From NCBI GenBank assembly GCA_049970055.1, contig JBMFNR010000002.1, positions 116,406 through 180,405 on the forward strand: a stretch of DNA of 64,000 bases, in the 5' to 3' direction. The translations under genes were made by a program, and so were the position numbers. Origin of the DNA: Fervidobacterium sp. Lineage in GTDB: Bacteria; Thermotogota; Thermotogae; Thermotogales; Fervidobacteriaceae. Under the pieces are notes generated by a model. The model searched no databases. It was given only the letters and a program-made list of their open reading frames with translations, and was not told where the DNA came from. Positions 51,650 through 62,970 of this stretch are shown piece after piece (within the stretch, counting starts at the first letter, position 1; every line of letters starts with the position of its first letter).

Positions 51650-53437
51650 ATGAGCGACTTCAAGTTAATTCTGAAGTATATGAAGGGGTGTAGAACTTTC
51701 TACTTTCTTGCCGTGTTATTCACTGCTCTATCTATAGTTTGTTCCCGGCTTGTACCACTAGTGGTTAAATTTACGATTGATAACGTTATAAATGGAGAAC
51801 GCTTAGATTCAAGCTTACTTTCTAAGATTTATCATTTTCTTGGAGGAAGGTCCTTTGTCATTGAAAACTTATGGATCATAGGGCTAATAGTGCTTGTAAT
51901 TTCTTTTTTCAATGCCCTATTTAACTATTTAAGGGAAAAGTTCGTAGGGTACACATCTGAGAATTTCGCAAAAAGGCTCAGGAATGATTTGTACAATGTT
52001 ATTTTGAAGGCAGAAAATATTTTTTACTCAAAATTCCAATCAGGTGATGTCGTGCAAAGATGTACATCGGATGTGGATAATGTAAGAAGATTCATAGCAA
52101 GTGACGCTATAATTGTTTGGAGAATATTATTTATGGTTATTTTCGTCTTATTTATTATGATAAGAATCGACGTAAAAATGACAATAATTTCTTCTCTGTC
52201 ATTACCAGTACTCACAGGAATTGCTTTATGGTTTTTTACAATTGTCAAAAAGCATTTTGAAAAGGTTGATGAAGCTGAAGCGTCTGTTACGAGCGTTTTG
52301 CAAGAGAATATCACAGGAGTTAGAGTTGTTAAAGCATTTACGCGCGAAGATTATGAAATAGAGAAGTTCTTGAAAAAGAATGCTGAATTTAGAAAACTTG
52401 ATCTAAAACTTATCAAACTATTTGCGATTTTCTGGACGGTATCGGATTTTATTGCACTCTTTCAATTCACGTTGGTCATTGTTGTTGGTACTTATTTTGC
52501 AGTTAAAGGAAACATAAGTGTTGGTACTTTAGTAGCTTTTACGACATACGTTGGAATGTTAGTTTGGCCTGCAAGGGAACTTGGTATGTTGCTTTCTAAC
52601 TTTGGTAAGGTAAAAGTATCAGTCAAGAGAATTAATGAAATTCTTTCTCAGCAATTAGAAGAATTGGATAATGGGACAAACATCATGAAAATATCTGGTG
52701 ATATCGAATTTAAAGATGTTTGGTTCGGTTATAAACCGGAACATCCGGTTTTGAAAGGTGTTTCTTTCAAAATAAGAAGTGGGGAGACCGTCGCATTCTT
52801 TGGAAGCACAGGTTCCGGAAAATCGACAGCAATTGCTTTATTAATGAGAATGTATGAACCAGACAAGGGAAAAATACTCGTCGATGGTATTGACATAAGG
52901 CAAATTCCCAAGAGTATTTTAAGAAGAAACATTGGTCTTGTACCACAAGAAACCTTCCTTTTTTCAAAAACAGTGAGGGAAAACATATCAATTACCAAAC
53001 CCCATGCAACCTATGATGAAATTGTGCATTCAGCAAAGCTTGCATCAGTGCACGAGGATATAGTTCAACTTGAAAGTGGCTACGATACACTTGTTGGAGA
53101 AAAGGGTATTAATCTTTCTGGAGGACAAAGCCAAAGAGTCACAATTGCGCGTACACTTATAAAAGATTATTCCATACTCATTTTTGATGACTCTATGAGT
53201 GCAGTCGATACTGAAACAGAAAATCAAATAAGAAAAGCTATTAGAGAGAAAAGCAAAAGCAGAACAACCATTGTAGTTTCACACAGAATTTCAAGTATAA
53301 AAGATGTTGAAAAAATTATTGTTTTCGAAGCCGGCAGGATAAGCAATATTGGTACACATGATGAATTGATAAACCAACCAGGCCTTTATCAGAGAGTATG
53401 GAAAATAGAAAACTTCTTGAAGTCCACGGGGGAGTGA
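51650..53437 (+). CDS. Heterodimeric ABC exporter subunit A (degenerate Walker B)
   Basis: TMD plus NBD; GSTGSGKST, LSGGQ, ILIFDD. ATG 51650 follows GGAGGTG. Confidence 0.92.
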   Translation: MSDFKLILKYMKGCRTFYFLAVLFTALSIVCSRLVPLVVKFTIDNVINGERLDSSLLSKIYHFLGGRSFVIENLWIIGLIVLVISFFNALFNYLREKFVGYTSENFAKRLRNDLYNVILKAENIFYSKFQSGDVVQRCTSDVDNVRRFIASDAIIVWRILFMVIFVLFIMIRIDVKMTIISSLSLPVLTGIALWFFTIVKKHFEKVDEAEASVTSVLQENITGVRVVKAFTREDYEIEKFLKKNAEFRKLDLKLIKLFAIFWTVSDFIALFQFTLVIVVGTYFAVKGNISVGTLVAFTTYVGMLVWPARELGMLLSNFGKVKVSVKRINEILSQQLEELDNGTNIMKISGDIEFKDVWFGYKPEHPVLKGVSFKIRSGETVAFFGSTGSGKSTAIALLMRMYEPDKGKILVDGIDIRQIPKSILRRNIGLVPQETFLFSKTVRENISITKPHATYDEIVHSAKLASVHEDIVQLESGYDTLVGEKGINLSGGQSQRVTIARTLIKDYSILIFDDSMSAVDTETENQIRKAIREKSKSRTTIVVSHRISSIKDVEKIIVFEAGRISNIGTHDELINQPGLYQRVWKIENFLKSTGE

Positions 53438-53441
53438 AAAA

Positions 53442-55229
53442 ATGGAAGAACTTATTGTAGATAAAAAAAGTAAATTTGATATCAAACTTTGGAAGAAATT
53501 TAGTGTATTTTTGAAAAAATATAAGCTTCACATGACAGGATTAATTTTTGTTATGCTTGTTGTTGGTTTCACTGATGCGACTTATCCTTATTTAACGAAA
53601 TATGCTATTGATAATTTCATAGCTAATAAATCTTTCATCGGATTCACTAGGTACGTCATGTTGTTCTTTGTTGTAGTCGTTATACAAGTTAGTGGTACAT
53701 ATTTTCTTATAATGCTTGCGGGCAAGATTGAAAATGGATTTTCATACGATGTAAGGAATGAAGCTTTCAAAAAATTGCAATCTTTTCCTCTTTTGTTCTT
53801 TGATAATACGCAAACAGGCTTTCTTATTTCGAGAGTTATGTCCGATGTCCAGCGGATAAGTTCTGTAATGTCCTGGCAGGTAGTTGATGGTGTTTGGGCT
53901 CTATCTTCTATGAGCTTTACAGTTATTTATTCTTTTCTTTTAAACTGGAAACTCGCACTTTTTATACTTTTCGCAATTCCACCTTTAGGAGTGGTAAGCT
54001 TATACTTTCAAAAAAAGATACTGTCTCAACAAAGGATTGTTCGGAAATTAGTTTCTGAAGTTACAAGTATATTCAACGAAGGACTCATGGGTGCAAGGAC
54101 AGCGAAGATACTTGGTGTTGAAGAGACGAGAATTTCTGATTTCATGCAGCAAACACAAGAACTAATGAGAGCATCGGTAAAATCCATTATTTTATCAGGT
54201 ATTTATACACCAATTGTTTTATTCACAGGTAGCGTGGTGACATCTTTTATACTTGTTTATGGAGGTAGTAAAACTTACATCGGAGCACTAAGTGTTGGTA
54301 CGCTTACGGCTGCTGTTTTTTACTCTATTCAGTTTTTTGAACCTGTTATGCAACTTGCAAGGATTTTGGCGGAACTTGTTTCCGCTCAAGCTGCTGCTGA
54401 GAGGGTATTGGAACTATTGAATACTCAACCAGATATAGTTGACAAAGAAGATTCTATCGATATGTTCATTAAGGGAGAAATTGTTTTTGACGACGTGTCT
54501 TTCAAATATTCAAAAGGTAATTGGGTCTTAAAATCATTCAGTTTAAAGGTTCGAAAAGGAGAGACAATAGCCATTGTTGGCGATACAGGATCTGGAAAGT
54601 CAACAATTGTAAATTTAATAGGTAGATTTTATGAGCCTACTCAAGGTACAATATATATTGATGGGATTGATTACAGAAAGATAAAGCTGAAAACACTAAG
54701 AACAAGTATAGGCTATGTACTCCAAACACCACATTTGTTTAGCGCGACAATAGCAGAAAATATACGTTACGGAAAATTAGATGCTACAATTGACGAAATA
54801 ATCGAGGCCGCAAAGTTGGTGAATGCCCATGATTTTATTATTAATCTTGAAAAAGGTTACGAAACGCAAGTTGGTGAAGGTGGAACGAATCTTTCAGTTG
54901 GTCAAAGACAGCTTATAGCCCTTGCAAGAGTTGTTGTTGCAAATCCGAAGATAATAATATTAGACGAAGCTACAAGTTCAATAGATGCATATACAGAACA
55001 TTTGATACAAGACGCAATTCATAATTTACTGCACGGTAGAACGAGTTTTGTTATCGCTCATAGATTGTCGACTATAAAAAATGCCGATAGGATACTGGTG
55101 ATAGAGAAAGGTAAGATAGTTGAGGAAGGAGCTCACAAGCAGCTTATGAAAAATAGGGGAAAATATTACAAGCTGTACATTAATCAGTTTGTACGTGAAA
55201 AGGAAGAAGATATTTTGAGAGAAAAATAG
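53442..55229 (+). CDS. Heterodimeric ABC exporter subunit B
   Basis: TMD plus NBD; GDTGSGKST, LSVGQ, IIILDE, AHR. Confidence 0.92.
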   Translation: MEELIVDKKSKFDIKLWKKFSVFLKKYKLHMTGLIFVMLVVGFTDATYPYLTKYAIDNFIANKSFIGFTRYVMLFFVVVVIQVSGTYFLIMLAGKIENGFSYDVRNEAFKKLQSFPLLFFDNTQTGFLISRVMSDVQRISSVMSWQVVDGVWALSSMSFTVIYSFLLNWKLALFILFAIPPLGVVSLYFQKKILSQQRIVRKLVSEVTSIFNEGLMGARTAKILGVEETRISDFMQQTQELMRASVKSIILSGIYTPIVLFTGSVVTSFILVYGGSKTYIGALSVGTLTAAVFYSIQFFEPVMQLARILAELVSAQAAAERVLELLNTQPDIVDKEDSIDMFIKGEIVFDDVSFKYSKGNWVLKSFSLKVRKGETIAIVGDTGSGKSTIVNLIGRFYEPTQGTIYIDGIDYRKIKLKTLRTSIGYVLQTPHLFSATIAENIRYGKLDATIDEIIEAAKLVNAHDFIINLEKGYETQVGEGGTNLSVGQRQLIALARVVVANPKIIILDEATSSIDAYTEHLIQDAIHNLLHGRTSFVIAHRLSTIKNADRILVIEKGKIVEEGAHKQLMKNRGKYYKLYINQFVREKEEDILREK

Positions 55230-55420
55230 ATGCTTTAATCCGGGAATACTTAAATTAATACGAAATCACGCTATTTAAATCCGCTAATTTGTTTTTTTCT
55301 TTGGTATACTTACTTGTTTTAAGCTTATTTTTGTTTAACGAATTAAGCAAGGATAGTATAATTATAAATGTGAATAATTTGTGAATGGCTTCTCTTAAAA
55401 ACTAAAAGGAGGCGGTTGCT

Positions 55421-56473
55421 TTGGGAACAATTACGATGAAAGCGATTATGAAAGAAAAAGCAGGCCCAGGCTTAGTGATGAAAGATGTTAAAAAGCTAGA
55501 CGAATCGGATCTTGGCCCCAGAGATGTTTTAGTTAAAGTTCGAAGAGCGTCAATTTGTGGTACCGATGTGCATATATACAAGTGGGACGAGTGGTCGCAA
55601 TCAAGGATTATTCCACCTCTCATTACAGGTCATGAAATGGCTGGAGAAGTCGTGGCAATAGGAAGTGCTGTGACAAGAGTTAATATAGGTGATCTTGTTG
55701 CAGCTGAAACACATATTCCTTGCGAGACTTGTTATCAGTGTAAAACTGGAAGAATGCATGTTTGCAAAAATTTAAAGATATTAGGTGTAGATACAAATGG
55801 AATTTTCGCGGAATACGCTGTTATTCCTGAAAGTGTGTTGTGGAAGTTCTCTCGCGAAATTCCACTTGATTTTGCTTCCGTGATGGAACCTTTTGGAAAT
55901 GCAATACATACCGCTTTCGTGACAAACTTGCTAGGTAAGAATGTACTTATAACAGGTGCTGGGCCCATAGGTTTGATGGCAATCCAAGTTGCCAAAGTTG
56001 CAGGTGCGAGCACTGTTATCGTTTCAGAAGTAGACCCGCTAAGAATTAAGATGGCTCAAGAAAACGGCGCAGATGTGGTAATCAACCCCACCGAGAAGGA
56101 TCTTGTTAAAGAAGTTTACAAATTGTTGGATGACGGTGTTGACGTACTATTTGAGATGAGCGGTAATAGAAGAGCATTTGAAGACGGACTGAAGTGTGTT
56201 ACAATGGGAGGAGAAGTATCAATTCTTGGAATATTTGGTGGTAAAATGGATATAAATATAGATGCTTTAGTAACAATGAGAGGTTTGACTCTTTACGGTA
56301 TCACAGGTAGGAGGATGTTTGAAACTTGGAGAATTGCTGATGAATTGCTTAGAACAAAAAAAGTAGATCTTTCAAAGGTAGTTACTCACATATTACCTTT
56401 TGACGAATGGGAAAAAGGTTTTGAACTGATGCTTAATAAGCAATGTGGAAAAGTTGTCCTTAATTTGGATTGA
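55421..56473 (+). CDS. tdh: L-threonine 3-dehydrogenase
   Basis: [36 protein letters not shown]; adjacent to kbl. Confidence 0.94.
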   Translation: MGTITMKAIMKEKAGPGLVMKDVKKLDESDLGPRDVLVKVRRASICGTDVHIYKWDEWSQSRIIPPLITGHEMAGEVVAIGSAVTRVNIGDLVAAETHIPCETCYQCKTGRMHVCKNLKILGVDTNGIFAEYAVIPESVLWKFSREIPLDFASVMEPFGNAIHTAFVTNLLGKNVLITGAGPIGLMAIQVAKVAGASTVIVSEVDPLRIKMAQENGADVVINPTEKDLVKEVYKLLDDGVDVLFEMSGNRRAFEDGLKCVTMGGEVSILGIFGGKMDINIDALVTMRGLTLYGITGRRMFETWRIADELLRTKKVDLSKVVTHILPFDEWEKGFELMLNKQCGKVVLNLD

Positions 56474-56507
56474 ATTTGAGCAAGCATTGAGAAAGGAGGG
56501 GATTGAG

Positions 56508-57695
56508 ATGTTCAATTATAAGATTCTTGAAGACGAAATGGAAAATTTGAAAGCGGAAGGTCTTTATGTTAATATACGAACACTTGAATCACCACAGGGT
56601 GCATGGATTGTAGTAAATGGGAAAAAAGTATTGAATATGTGTTCAAATAACTATCTTGGTTTTGCAAACGACGAGAGGTTAAAACAAGCGGCAAAAAAGG
56701 CTATTGACGAATGGGGAGTTGGACCAGGTGCCGTTAGGACAATAGCTGGAACGATGAAAATCCACGAAGAATTGGAAAAAGCTCTTGCGGAGTTTAAAGG
56801 AGCCGATGCAACAATATTTCTCCAGTCTGGATTTTTGGCAAATCAAGCAGCTATACCTACAGTTTTCGGCGATGAAAACGATGCAATTATTTCCGATGAG
56901 TTGAACCATGCAAGTATAATTGATGGTGTAAGACTTTCAAAAGCGAAAAGGTATGTTTACAAGCATAATGATATGGATGAACTCGAAGCACGGTTAAAAG
57001 AAGCAAGAGATATCCAAAAAGCAAGGAGGATATTGATAATCACAGATGGCGTTTTCAGCATGGACGGAGATATAGCACCACTCCCGGATATTGTTGAACT
57101 TGCTGAAAAATACGATGCTGCCGTAATGGTTGATGATGCACATGGTGAAGGAGTTTTGGGAAGAGGTGGAAGAGGTATCGTTGATCACTTTGGTTTACAT
57201 GGAAGAGTAGATATGGAAATTGGAACATTATCGAAGGCTTTTGGTGTTCTCGGAGGGTATATCGCTGGAAAAGAGACTCTCATCAAGTACTTGAAACAAA
57301 AAGCAAGACCATTTTTGTTTAGCACAGGTTTGACACCTGCTGATGTTGCGGCATGTCTGGAAGCAGTAAAAATTCTCCAAGAGAGTGATGAGAGAGTTAG
57401 GAAACTATGGGATAATGCAAATTACTTTAAGACTGAGATGAGAAAACTTGGGTTTGATCTTGGTGTGAGTCAAACTCCAATAACGCCTGTGATGTTATAC
57501 GATGCAAAGGTTGCAAGTCAATTTAGTAAAGAATTGTTTGAAGAGGGTGTGTTCGCTCAATCGATCGGTTATCCGACAGTGCCAAAAGGAAAAGCAAGAA
57601 TTAGGGTGATGATAAGCGCAGTACATGCGAAAGGTGATCTTGATTTTGCACTTGAGAAGTTTGAAAAAGTTGGCAGGAAGCTGGCAGTTATCTAA
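56508..57695 (+). CDS. kbl: Glycine C-acetyltransferase (2-amino-3-ketobutyrate CoA ligase)
   Basis: [36 protein letters not shown] 56508 follows AAGGAGG. Confidence 0.9.
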   Translation: MFNYKILEDEMENLKAEGLYVNIRTLESPQGAWIVVNGKKVLNMCSNNYLGFANDERLKQAAKKAIDEWGVGPGAVRTIAGTMKIHEELEKALAEFKGADATIFLQSGFLANQAAIPTVFGDENDAIISDELNHASIIDGVRLSKAKRYVYKHNDMDELEARLKEARDIQKARRILIITDGVFSMDGDIAPLPDIVELAEKYDAAVMVDDAHGEGVLGRGGRGIVDHFGLHGRVDMEIGTLSKAFGVLGGYIAGKETLIKYLKQKARPFLFSTGLTPADVAACLEAVKILQESDERVRKLWDNANYFKTEMRKLGFDLGVSQTPITPVMLYDAKVASQFSKELFEEGVFAQSIGYPTVPKGKARIRVMISAVHAKGDLDFALEKFEKVGRKLAVI

Positions 57696-57707
57696 TAGTT
57701 AGAATGC

Positions 57708-57751
57708 AATATCGGTAATCAGGTATACTACCCTGGTTACCGATATTTTTT
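57708..57751 (+). terminator. Intrinsic terminator after kbl
   Basis: AATATCGGTAATCAGG...CCTGGTTACCGATATT followed by a T-run. Confidence 0.8.
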
Positions 57752-57768
57752 AGATCGGATGTGAGAAT

Positions 57769-58986
57769 ATGGATATATTTACATATCCGCAAGGAACTGT
57801 GTTGTATAACTTTGGCGAGGTACCAAGTGGAATCTATTTTCTCATAGAAGGTGATGTTTCAATAACATTTTACAAGAAAGAATTTACTTTAAACACAGGA
57901 TCATTTGGTGAATGGTCACTTTTCTCGTTGCCATCTCAGGAAAAGGTATTGGTATCATCGAAAGAAGCAACATTTTATGTTTTTAGACCTGATGAAGTAT
58001 TGCAATCCAGAGATTTTGAAAAAATATTGAAAAAGTTTATTTCGTCGATTGCGAAAAGACTCATGTTTATAAATTCTGAACTTGCTCAATGTCAAGAAAT
58101 ACCAGAATACGTAGGTCCTGATAGATTGAGGTTCTTTAAAAGAACTCATCCAAATGCTATACGATTTGATGAAAAAATATTTCAAGACATTTCTCTTATG
58201 AAACACCTTTTTGTAAAGGGAGAATATAAAGAAGCATTTAACATCTCTGTTAAACTGCTTTCAGAAGTACTTGTTAAAGATTTAAAAAAGGAGATAACGA
58301 TTTGGTACACGTTACTTACGTTGATACTTGACCCAGAACACGCGCACTTACACTTTAAAAGACTTGATCCAAAAGAATACGGAGATCATCTGTCATACCA
58401 ATATTTAAGCACATTTTTTAATGGTGGACAGGCTCGAGAGATAGTGGAACTATACATGAAAGCAGGGTTTTATATACCTACTCACACACTGTTAACGATC
58501 GAAGGTGAACCAGCTACACAGGGATTCTTAATTCTAAGGGGTTATTTAAAAGCAGTTAAATTGTACGAAGACAAGGAAATTTTACTATCCTTAGTAAAGC
58601 CTGGTGAATTTGTTGGAGAAAGTGCCATATTGGAGAATAAAACACGCATGATAACTTTGTATTCAATTTCTCCTGTGGAGCTGATTCCAATAACACGTGA
58701 GAATGTTGAAAAGGCGACCGAAAAAAATCCTGATTTTGTTCTCAAAATATGTGAGTCACAGCTCAAAAGAATAAAGCAAGTAAAAAGTTTAATAGAACTT
58801 AAAAGCAATCCTAACTCCATCCAACGCGTCGTCCTAGCTATAAATTATCTTCAAGAATTGCTTGAAAAGACCAGAATCAATGTACGAGATATATCAAACA
58901 TCGCCAATTCACCTTTAGAGATAGTTATCACTGAACTCAACAGGCAAGGTTTCAAAGTTTCCGTTGATGGGAGTGTCAGCGTGTGA
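57769..58986 (+). CDS. Protein with two cyclic-nucleotide-binding domains
   Basis: GEVPSGIYFLIEG..FGEWSL and GEPATQGFLILRG..PGEFVGESAIL..R. Confidence 0.75.
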   Translation: MDIFTYPQGTVLYNFGEVPSGIYFLIEGDVSITFYKKEFTLNTGSFGEWSLFSLPSQEKVLVSSKEATFYVFRPDEVLQSRDFEKILKKFISSIAKRLMFINSELAQCQEIPEYVGPDRLRFFKRTHPNAIRFDEKIFQDISLMKHLFVKGEYKEAFNISVKLLSEVLVKDLKKEITIWYTLLTLILDPEHAHLHFKRLDPKEYGDHLSYQYLSTFFNGGQAREIVELYMKAGFYIPTHTLLTIEGEPATQGFLILRGYLKAVKLYEDKEILLSLVKPGEFVGESAILENKTRMITLYSISPVELIPITRENVEKATEKNPDFVLKICESQLKRIKQVKSLIELKSNPNSIQRVVLAINYLQELLEKTRINVRDISNIANSPLEIVITELNRQGFKVSVDGSVSV

Positions 58987-60140
58987 GTAAACTCGTAAAA
59001 TTACTTAAGAACGCAGACGCATACACACCGTTTTACATTGGAAAAGTGGACATATTAATTGCGGGCGAAAAAATATTACGCGTTGAAAAGAATATGAACG
59101 TTTCTCTAAATGATTTGGAAGTATACAATTGTGAAGGTTTGGTTGCTATACCCGGGTTTATAGATCCGCATGTACACATAACTGGTGGCGGAGGTGAAGG
59201 CGGTTTTTCCACAAGAACTTTTGAATTGAAAATCTCTGATTGCGTGAAAAATGGTGTTACGACGGTCGTTGGATGTTTGGGGACAGATGGAGTTACAAGG
59301 AGCTTAGAAAATTTGTACGCAAAAGCAAAAGCATTGGAAGAAGAAGGAATAACAGCGTACATATACACTGGATCGTACCATATTCCACCAGTAACGTTTA
59401 CTGGTAGTATTCAAAAAGACCTCGTACTGATAGATAAAGTTGTTGGTGTGGGCGAAATAGCTATTTCAGATCATAGGTCTTCACAACCAACATTTGAAGA
59501 AGTTCTGAGGGTAGTAGCTGATGTTAGGGTTGGTGGAATGATTTCAGGAAAGCCTGGAATCGTTAATTTTCATGTAGGTAACGGTATTATGGGTATTGAT
59601 TGGCTTTTTGAAATTGTAAGGAAGACCGAAATTCCAATAAAGCACCTTTATCCAACTCATATGTCGAGAAATAAAAGGCTTTTTGAACAAGGATTGGAAT
59701 TTGCAAAAATAGGTGGAACGATTGATTTAACAGCTTTACAGCCCTATGAGAATGAAAAAGGTAATTTTTCAACAATAGATGCTGTTTTTGAAGCGTATGA
59801 AAATGGACTTATTGATCAAATTACGCTCTCATCTGATGGGCAGGGCAGCTTGCCAAAATTCGATAAAGCCGGAATTTTCGAAGGCTTAGCTGTTGGAAGC
59901 GTAGGTGCACTATTTTTCACGATACATAAGCTTGTCGAAAAAGGGCTGAAGCTCGATCAAGCCTTGAAGTTATCAACCACTAATCCATCTAAGGTTTTCG
60001 GGTTTAAAACAAAGGGAAGAATTATGCCTGGTTGTGATGCAGATATAGTACTTTTAAGAGATTGGGATATAGTATCTGTTGTATCTCGTGGAGAATTTCT
60101 TATGAAAGATGGTATATTGAAGCCTTTCAATTTCGATTAA
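58983..60140 (+). CDS. iadA: Isoaspartyl dipeptidase
   Basis: PGFIDPHVHITGGGGEGG, GEIAISDHRSSQP, PTH, SSDGQGS. Confidence 0.95.
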   Translation: MSKLVKLLKNADAYTPFYIGKVDILIAGEKILRVEKNMNVSLNDLEVYNCEGLVAIPGFIDPHVHITGGGGEGGFSTRTFELKISDCVKNGVTTVVGCLGTDGVTRSLENLYAKAKALEEEGITAYIYTGSYHIPPVTFTGSIQKDLVLIDKVVGVGEIAISDHRSSQPTFEEVLRVVADVRVGGMISGKPGIVNFHVGNGIMGIDWLFEIVRKTEIPIKHLYPTHMSRNKRLFEQGLEFAKIGGTIDLTALQPYENEKGNFSTIDAVFEAYENGLIDQITLSSDGQGSLPKFDKAGIFEGLAVGSVGALFFTIHKLVEKGLKLDQALKLSTTNPSKVFGFKTKGRIMPGCDADIVLLRDWDIVSVVSRGEFLMKDGILKPFNFD

Positions 60141-60277
60141 AATCAAAGATGTTTGAAAAATAATCTTATACTTTGTTTTGTTAAGGTATCTGTTAGTTGA
60201 AAAACTTTGAGATGATAGTATACTTATCTTTGATAAGATTCTTGAGAAAGTAAAAAAACATACTAAGGAGGCATAGT

Positions 60278-61429
60278 ATGCTGAATCAGTTTTTGTTGTT
60301 CTTTAGCAAAATGGCATTTGCACAAATGACTTTAGGTAATATATTCATGATTTTGATAGCGGGTGTTTTAATTTATGTCGGTGTAAAAAAAGATGCGGAA
60401 CCACTTTTACTTATACCAATTGCATTTGGCATAGTTTTTTCAAACATTCCTCCACTTGCTACCGGTATCTTAAATCCTCCTCAAACTTTTTCAGATGGAA
60501 GGTTCATACCAGGTGGATTCATGTACTATATAAAAAAAGGACTTGATTTGGGTATTTACCCCCCTCTCATATTTTTGGGTATTGGCGCTCTCACAGACTT
60601 TTCTTTCATGATTTCATACCCGATTACAATATTTCTTGGTGGTGCTGCGCAAATAGGTATATTCGTTACATTTTTGTTTTCAAGGGCTTTGGGGTTTACG
60701 TTCAAACAAGCAGCCGCAATAGGTATCATCGGTGGTGCCGATGGTCCTACGTCGATTTACACTGCAACCAAATTTGCGCCTGAGCTACTTTCTATAATTG
60801 CCATTGCCGCATATTCATACATCGCACTTATTCCTATTCTTCAACCACCTGTTTCTAAATTACTAACAACGAAGGAAGAAAGGTTAATTCGCATGAAACC
60901 GCCAAGAAAAGTTTCAAAAACGGAAAAGATAGCTTTTTCGCTTATTACTACACTTGTTACAGCTTTGCTTGTTCCACAATCTTTAACACTTGTTGGTCCA
61001 CTTATGTTTGGAAATCTACTCAGAGAAGTGGGAAACGTTAAAAGGCTTGTCGAGGCAGCGAGTAAATACATACTTGATACAACAACAATTCTGCTTTGCT
61101 TATCTGTGGGAGCTTCAGCAAGGGCTGATATATTCTTAAAACCACAATCGTTGTTGGTCTTTGGAATGGGTGCATTTGCGTTTGTTTCGGCACTTGCCTC
61201 TGGTATATTATTTGCAAAAATAATGAACCTATTCCTGAAAGACAAAATCAACCCATTGATAGGTGCGGCAGGTGTATCTGCTGTTCCGGATAGTGCAAGA
61301 GTGGCTCAAAAATTAGCCCAAGTGGAAGATCCAACGAATTTTATTTTAATGCACGCCATGTCACCGAACGTTGCAGGAGTTATTGGATCAGCAGTTGCAG
61401 CTGGTGTATTTTTGGCGATATTTGGATGA
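60278..61429 (+). CDS. Na+-translocating decarboxylase beta subunit (OadB/GcdB/MmdB family)
   Basis: EPLLLIPIAFG, GIGALTDF, IGIIGGADGPT, GAAGVSAVP, NVAGVIGS. Confidence 0.94.
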   Translation: MLNQFLLFFSKMAFAQMTLGNIFMILIAGVLIYVGVKKDAEPLLLIPIAFGIVFSNIPPLATGILNPPQTFSDGRFIPGGFMYYIKKGLDLGIYPPLIFLGIGALTDFSFMISYPITIFLGGAAQIGIFVTFLFSRALGFTFKQAAAIGIIGGADGPTSIYTATKFAPELLSIIAIAAYSYIALIPILQPPVSKLLTTKEERLIRMKPPRKVSKTEKIAFSLITTLVTALLVPQSLTLVGPLMFGNLLREVGNVKRLVEAASKYILDTTTILLCLSVGASARADIFLKPQSLLVFGMGAFAFVSALASGILFAKIMNLFLKDKINPLIGAAGVSAVPDSARVAQKLAQVEDPTNFILMHAMSPNVAGVIGSAVAAGVFLAIFG

Positions 61430-61446
61430 GTAAAGGAGGTTTTCGG

Positions 61447-61686
61447 ATGGCCAAGAAGCAATTTCGTGTAGAGATCAAATACGAATGGTGTAAAGCATGT
61501 GGTATATGCTATAACGTATGTCCTACAAAAACTATCATCAAAGGCGAACTAAATAAGCCCGCTGTTCCGAATCACAGTAAATGTATTGGTTGTTTAATGT
61601 GCGAAAATTTGTGTCCTGATTTTGTTATTAATATAGTCGAAGTAAAGCAAGATGAAGATCAGAAGGTTGGTGTCGAAAATGCCTAA
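61447..61686 (+). CDS. 4Fe-4S dicluster protein (2-oxoacid:ferredoxin oxidoreductase delta subunit)
   Basis: WCKACGICYNVCP and CIGCLMCENLCPDF; overlaps the alpha subunit. Confidence 0.88.
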   Translation: MAKKQFRVEIKYEWCKACGICYNVCPTKTIIKGELNKPAVPNHSKCIGCLMCENLCPDFVINIVEVKQDEDQKVGVENA

Positions 61687-62848
61687 GAACACAAGGATGG
61701 TTTTCTGGCAAGGTAACGAAGCTTGTGCTTACGGTGCAATAAAAGCAGGATGTAGATTTTATGCGGGATATCCAATAACACCATCATCTGAAATTGCGGA
61801 GACGATGGCTCGTGAACTCCCGAGAGTTGGTGGTGTTTTCATCCAAATGGAAGATGAAATTGCAAGTGCCGCGGCTATAATAGGTGCCTCACTTGCTGGA
61901 GCGAAGTCAATGACGGCAACTAGTGGTCCCGGGTTTAGTTTAATGCAGGAAGCCATTGGATACGCGATTATGACAGAGACGCCAACAGTTTTTGTCAATG
62001 TTATGAGAGGTGGTCCATCAACGGGGATGCCCACAAAACCTTCCCAGGGTGATATAATGCAAGCAAGGTGGGGTACCCACGGAGATCACGCAATTATTGC
62101 GCTCTATCCTTCGACTGTTGAAGAGGTTTACAGGTACACTATCAAAGCATTTAATTTGGCTGAAGAGTATAGAACACCTGTTGTGCTGTTGATGGACGAA
62201 GTGCTTGGTCATATGCGTGAGAATTTCGTATTGCCACCTGACAGTGAAATCGAAATTATTGAACGTGTTACTTCAAGAGAGCTTGAGGAAGAAGAGATTT
62301 TTGTTCCTTTCTCAGAAACTGAGTATGCAGAAAATCTACCACCTACACTTGTAGAGATGGGGAAGGCAAAGTTTCATGTGTCAGGGCTTGTACATGATGA
62401 ATCAGGCTTTCCTATGGCGACAGCAGAAACAGCTGAAAAATTGATAAGGAGGCTCGTTAATAAAATAAAACTTCACATCGATAAAATAGCAGAATGTGAA
62501 GAATTCATGGTAGACGATGCTGAGACGATCATAATAGCCTACGGTTCGGTGGCGAGATCAGCAAAAGAAGCGGTTTTAATGGCAAGAAGGGATGGAATTA
62601 AAGTTGGACTACTGAGACCTATCACCATTTGGCCCATTCCAATTGAGAAGCTGAGAAAAAGACTCTCAAATGTGCAAAATGTACTTGTTGCCGAGATGAA
62701 CCTTGGACAATATGCGAGTGAAGTGACAAAACTTGTAAAGCCGGGAACCAAGGTTAGATTACTTAGCAAGGTTGGTGGAGAACTAATCGCACCACATGAA
62801 ATTCTAAGTGAATTAAACAATATGCTCCTCGAAGGCATAGATTTCTAA
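61679..62848 (+). CDS. 2-oxoacid:ferredoxin oxidoreductase alpha subunit
   Basis: GNEA, GYPITP, QMEDEIA, TATSGPG, RGGPSTG, EMNLGQY. Confidence 0.93.
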   Translation: MPKNTRMVFWQGNEACAYGAIKAGCRFYAGYPITPSSEIAETMARELPRVGGVFIQMEDEIASAAAIIGASLAGAKSMTATSGPGFSLMQEAIGYAIMTETPTVFVNVMRGGPSTGMPTKPSQGDIMQARWGTHGDHAIIALYPSTVEEVYRYTIKAFNLAEEYRTPVVLLMDEVLGHMRENFVLPPDSEIEIIERVTSRELEEEEIFVPFSETEYAENLPPTLVEMGKAKFHVSGLVHDESGFPMATAETAEKLIRRLVNKIKLHIDKIAECEEFMVDDAETIIIAYGSVARSAKEAVLMARRDGIKVGLLRPITIWPIPIEKLRKRLSNVQNVLVAEMNLGQYASEVTKLVKPGTKVRLLSKVGGELIAPHEILSELNNMLLEGIDF

Positions 62849-62864
62849 TATATTTCACATGTTT

Positions 62865-62899
62865 GGGTCATCCTTTTGGATGGCCTTTTTTCTTTTTTT
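62865..62899 (+). terminator. Intrinsic terminator after alpha subunit
   Basis: GGGTCATCC-TTTT-GGATGGCCT followed by a long T-run. Confidence 0.8.
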
Positions 62900-62970
62900 A
62901 TGGTAAAATATATTTAGGATAACTAGATTCAAAACAAAAACTTAAATGAAAACTTAGGAGAGGTGTTTGA

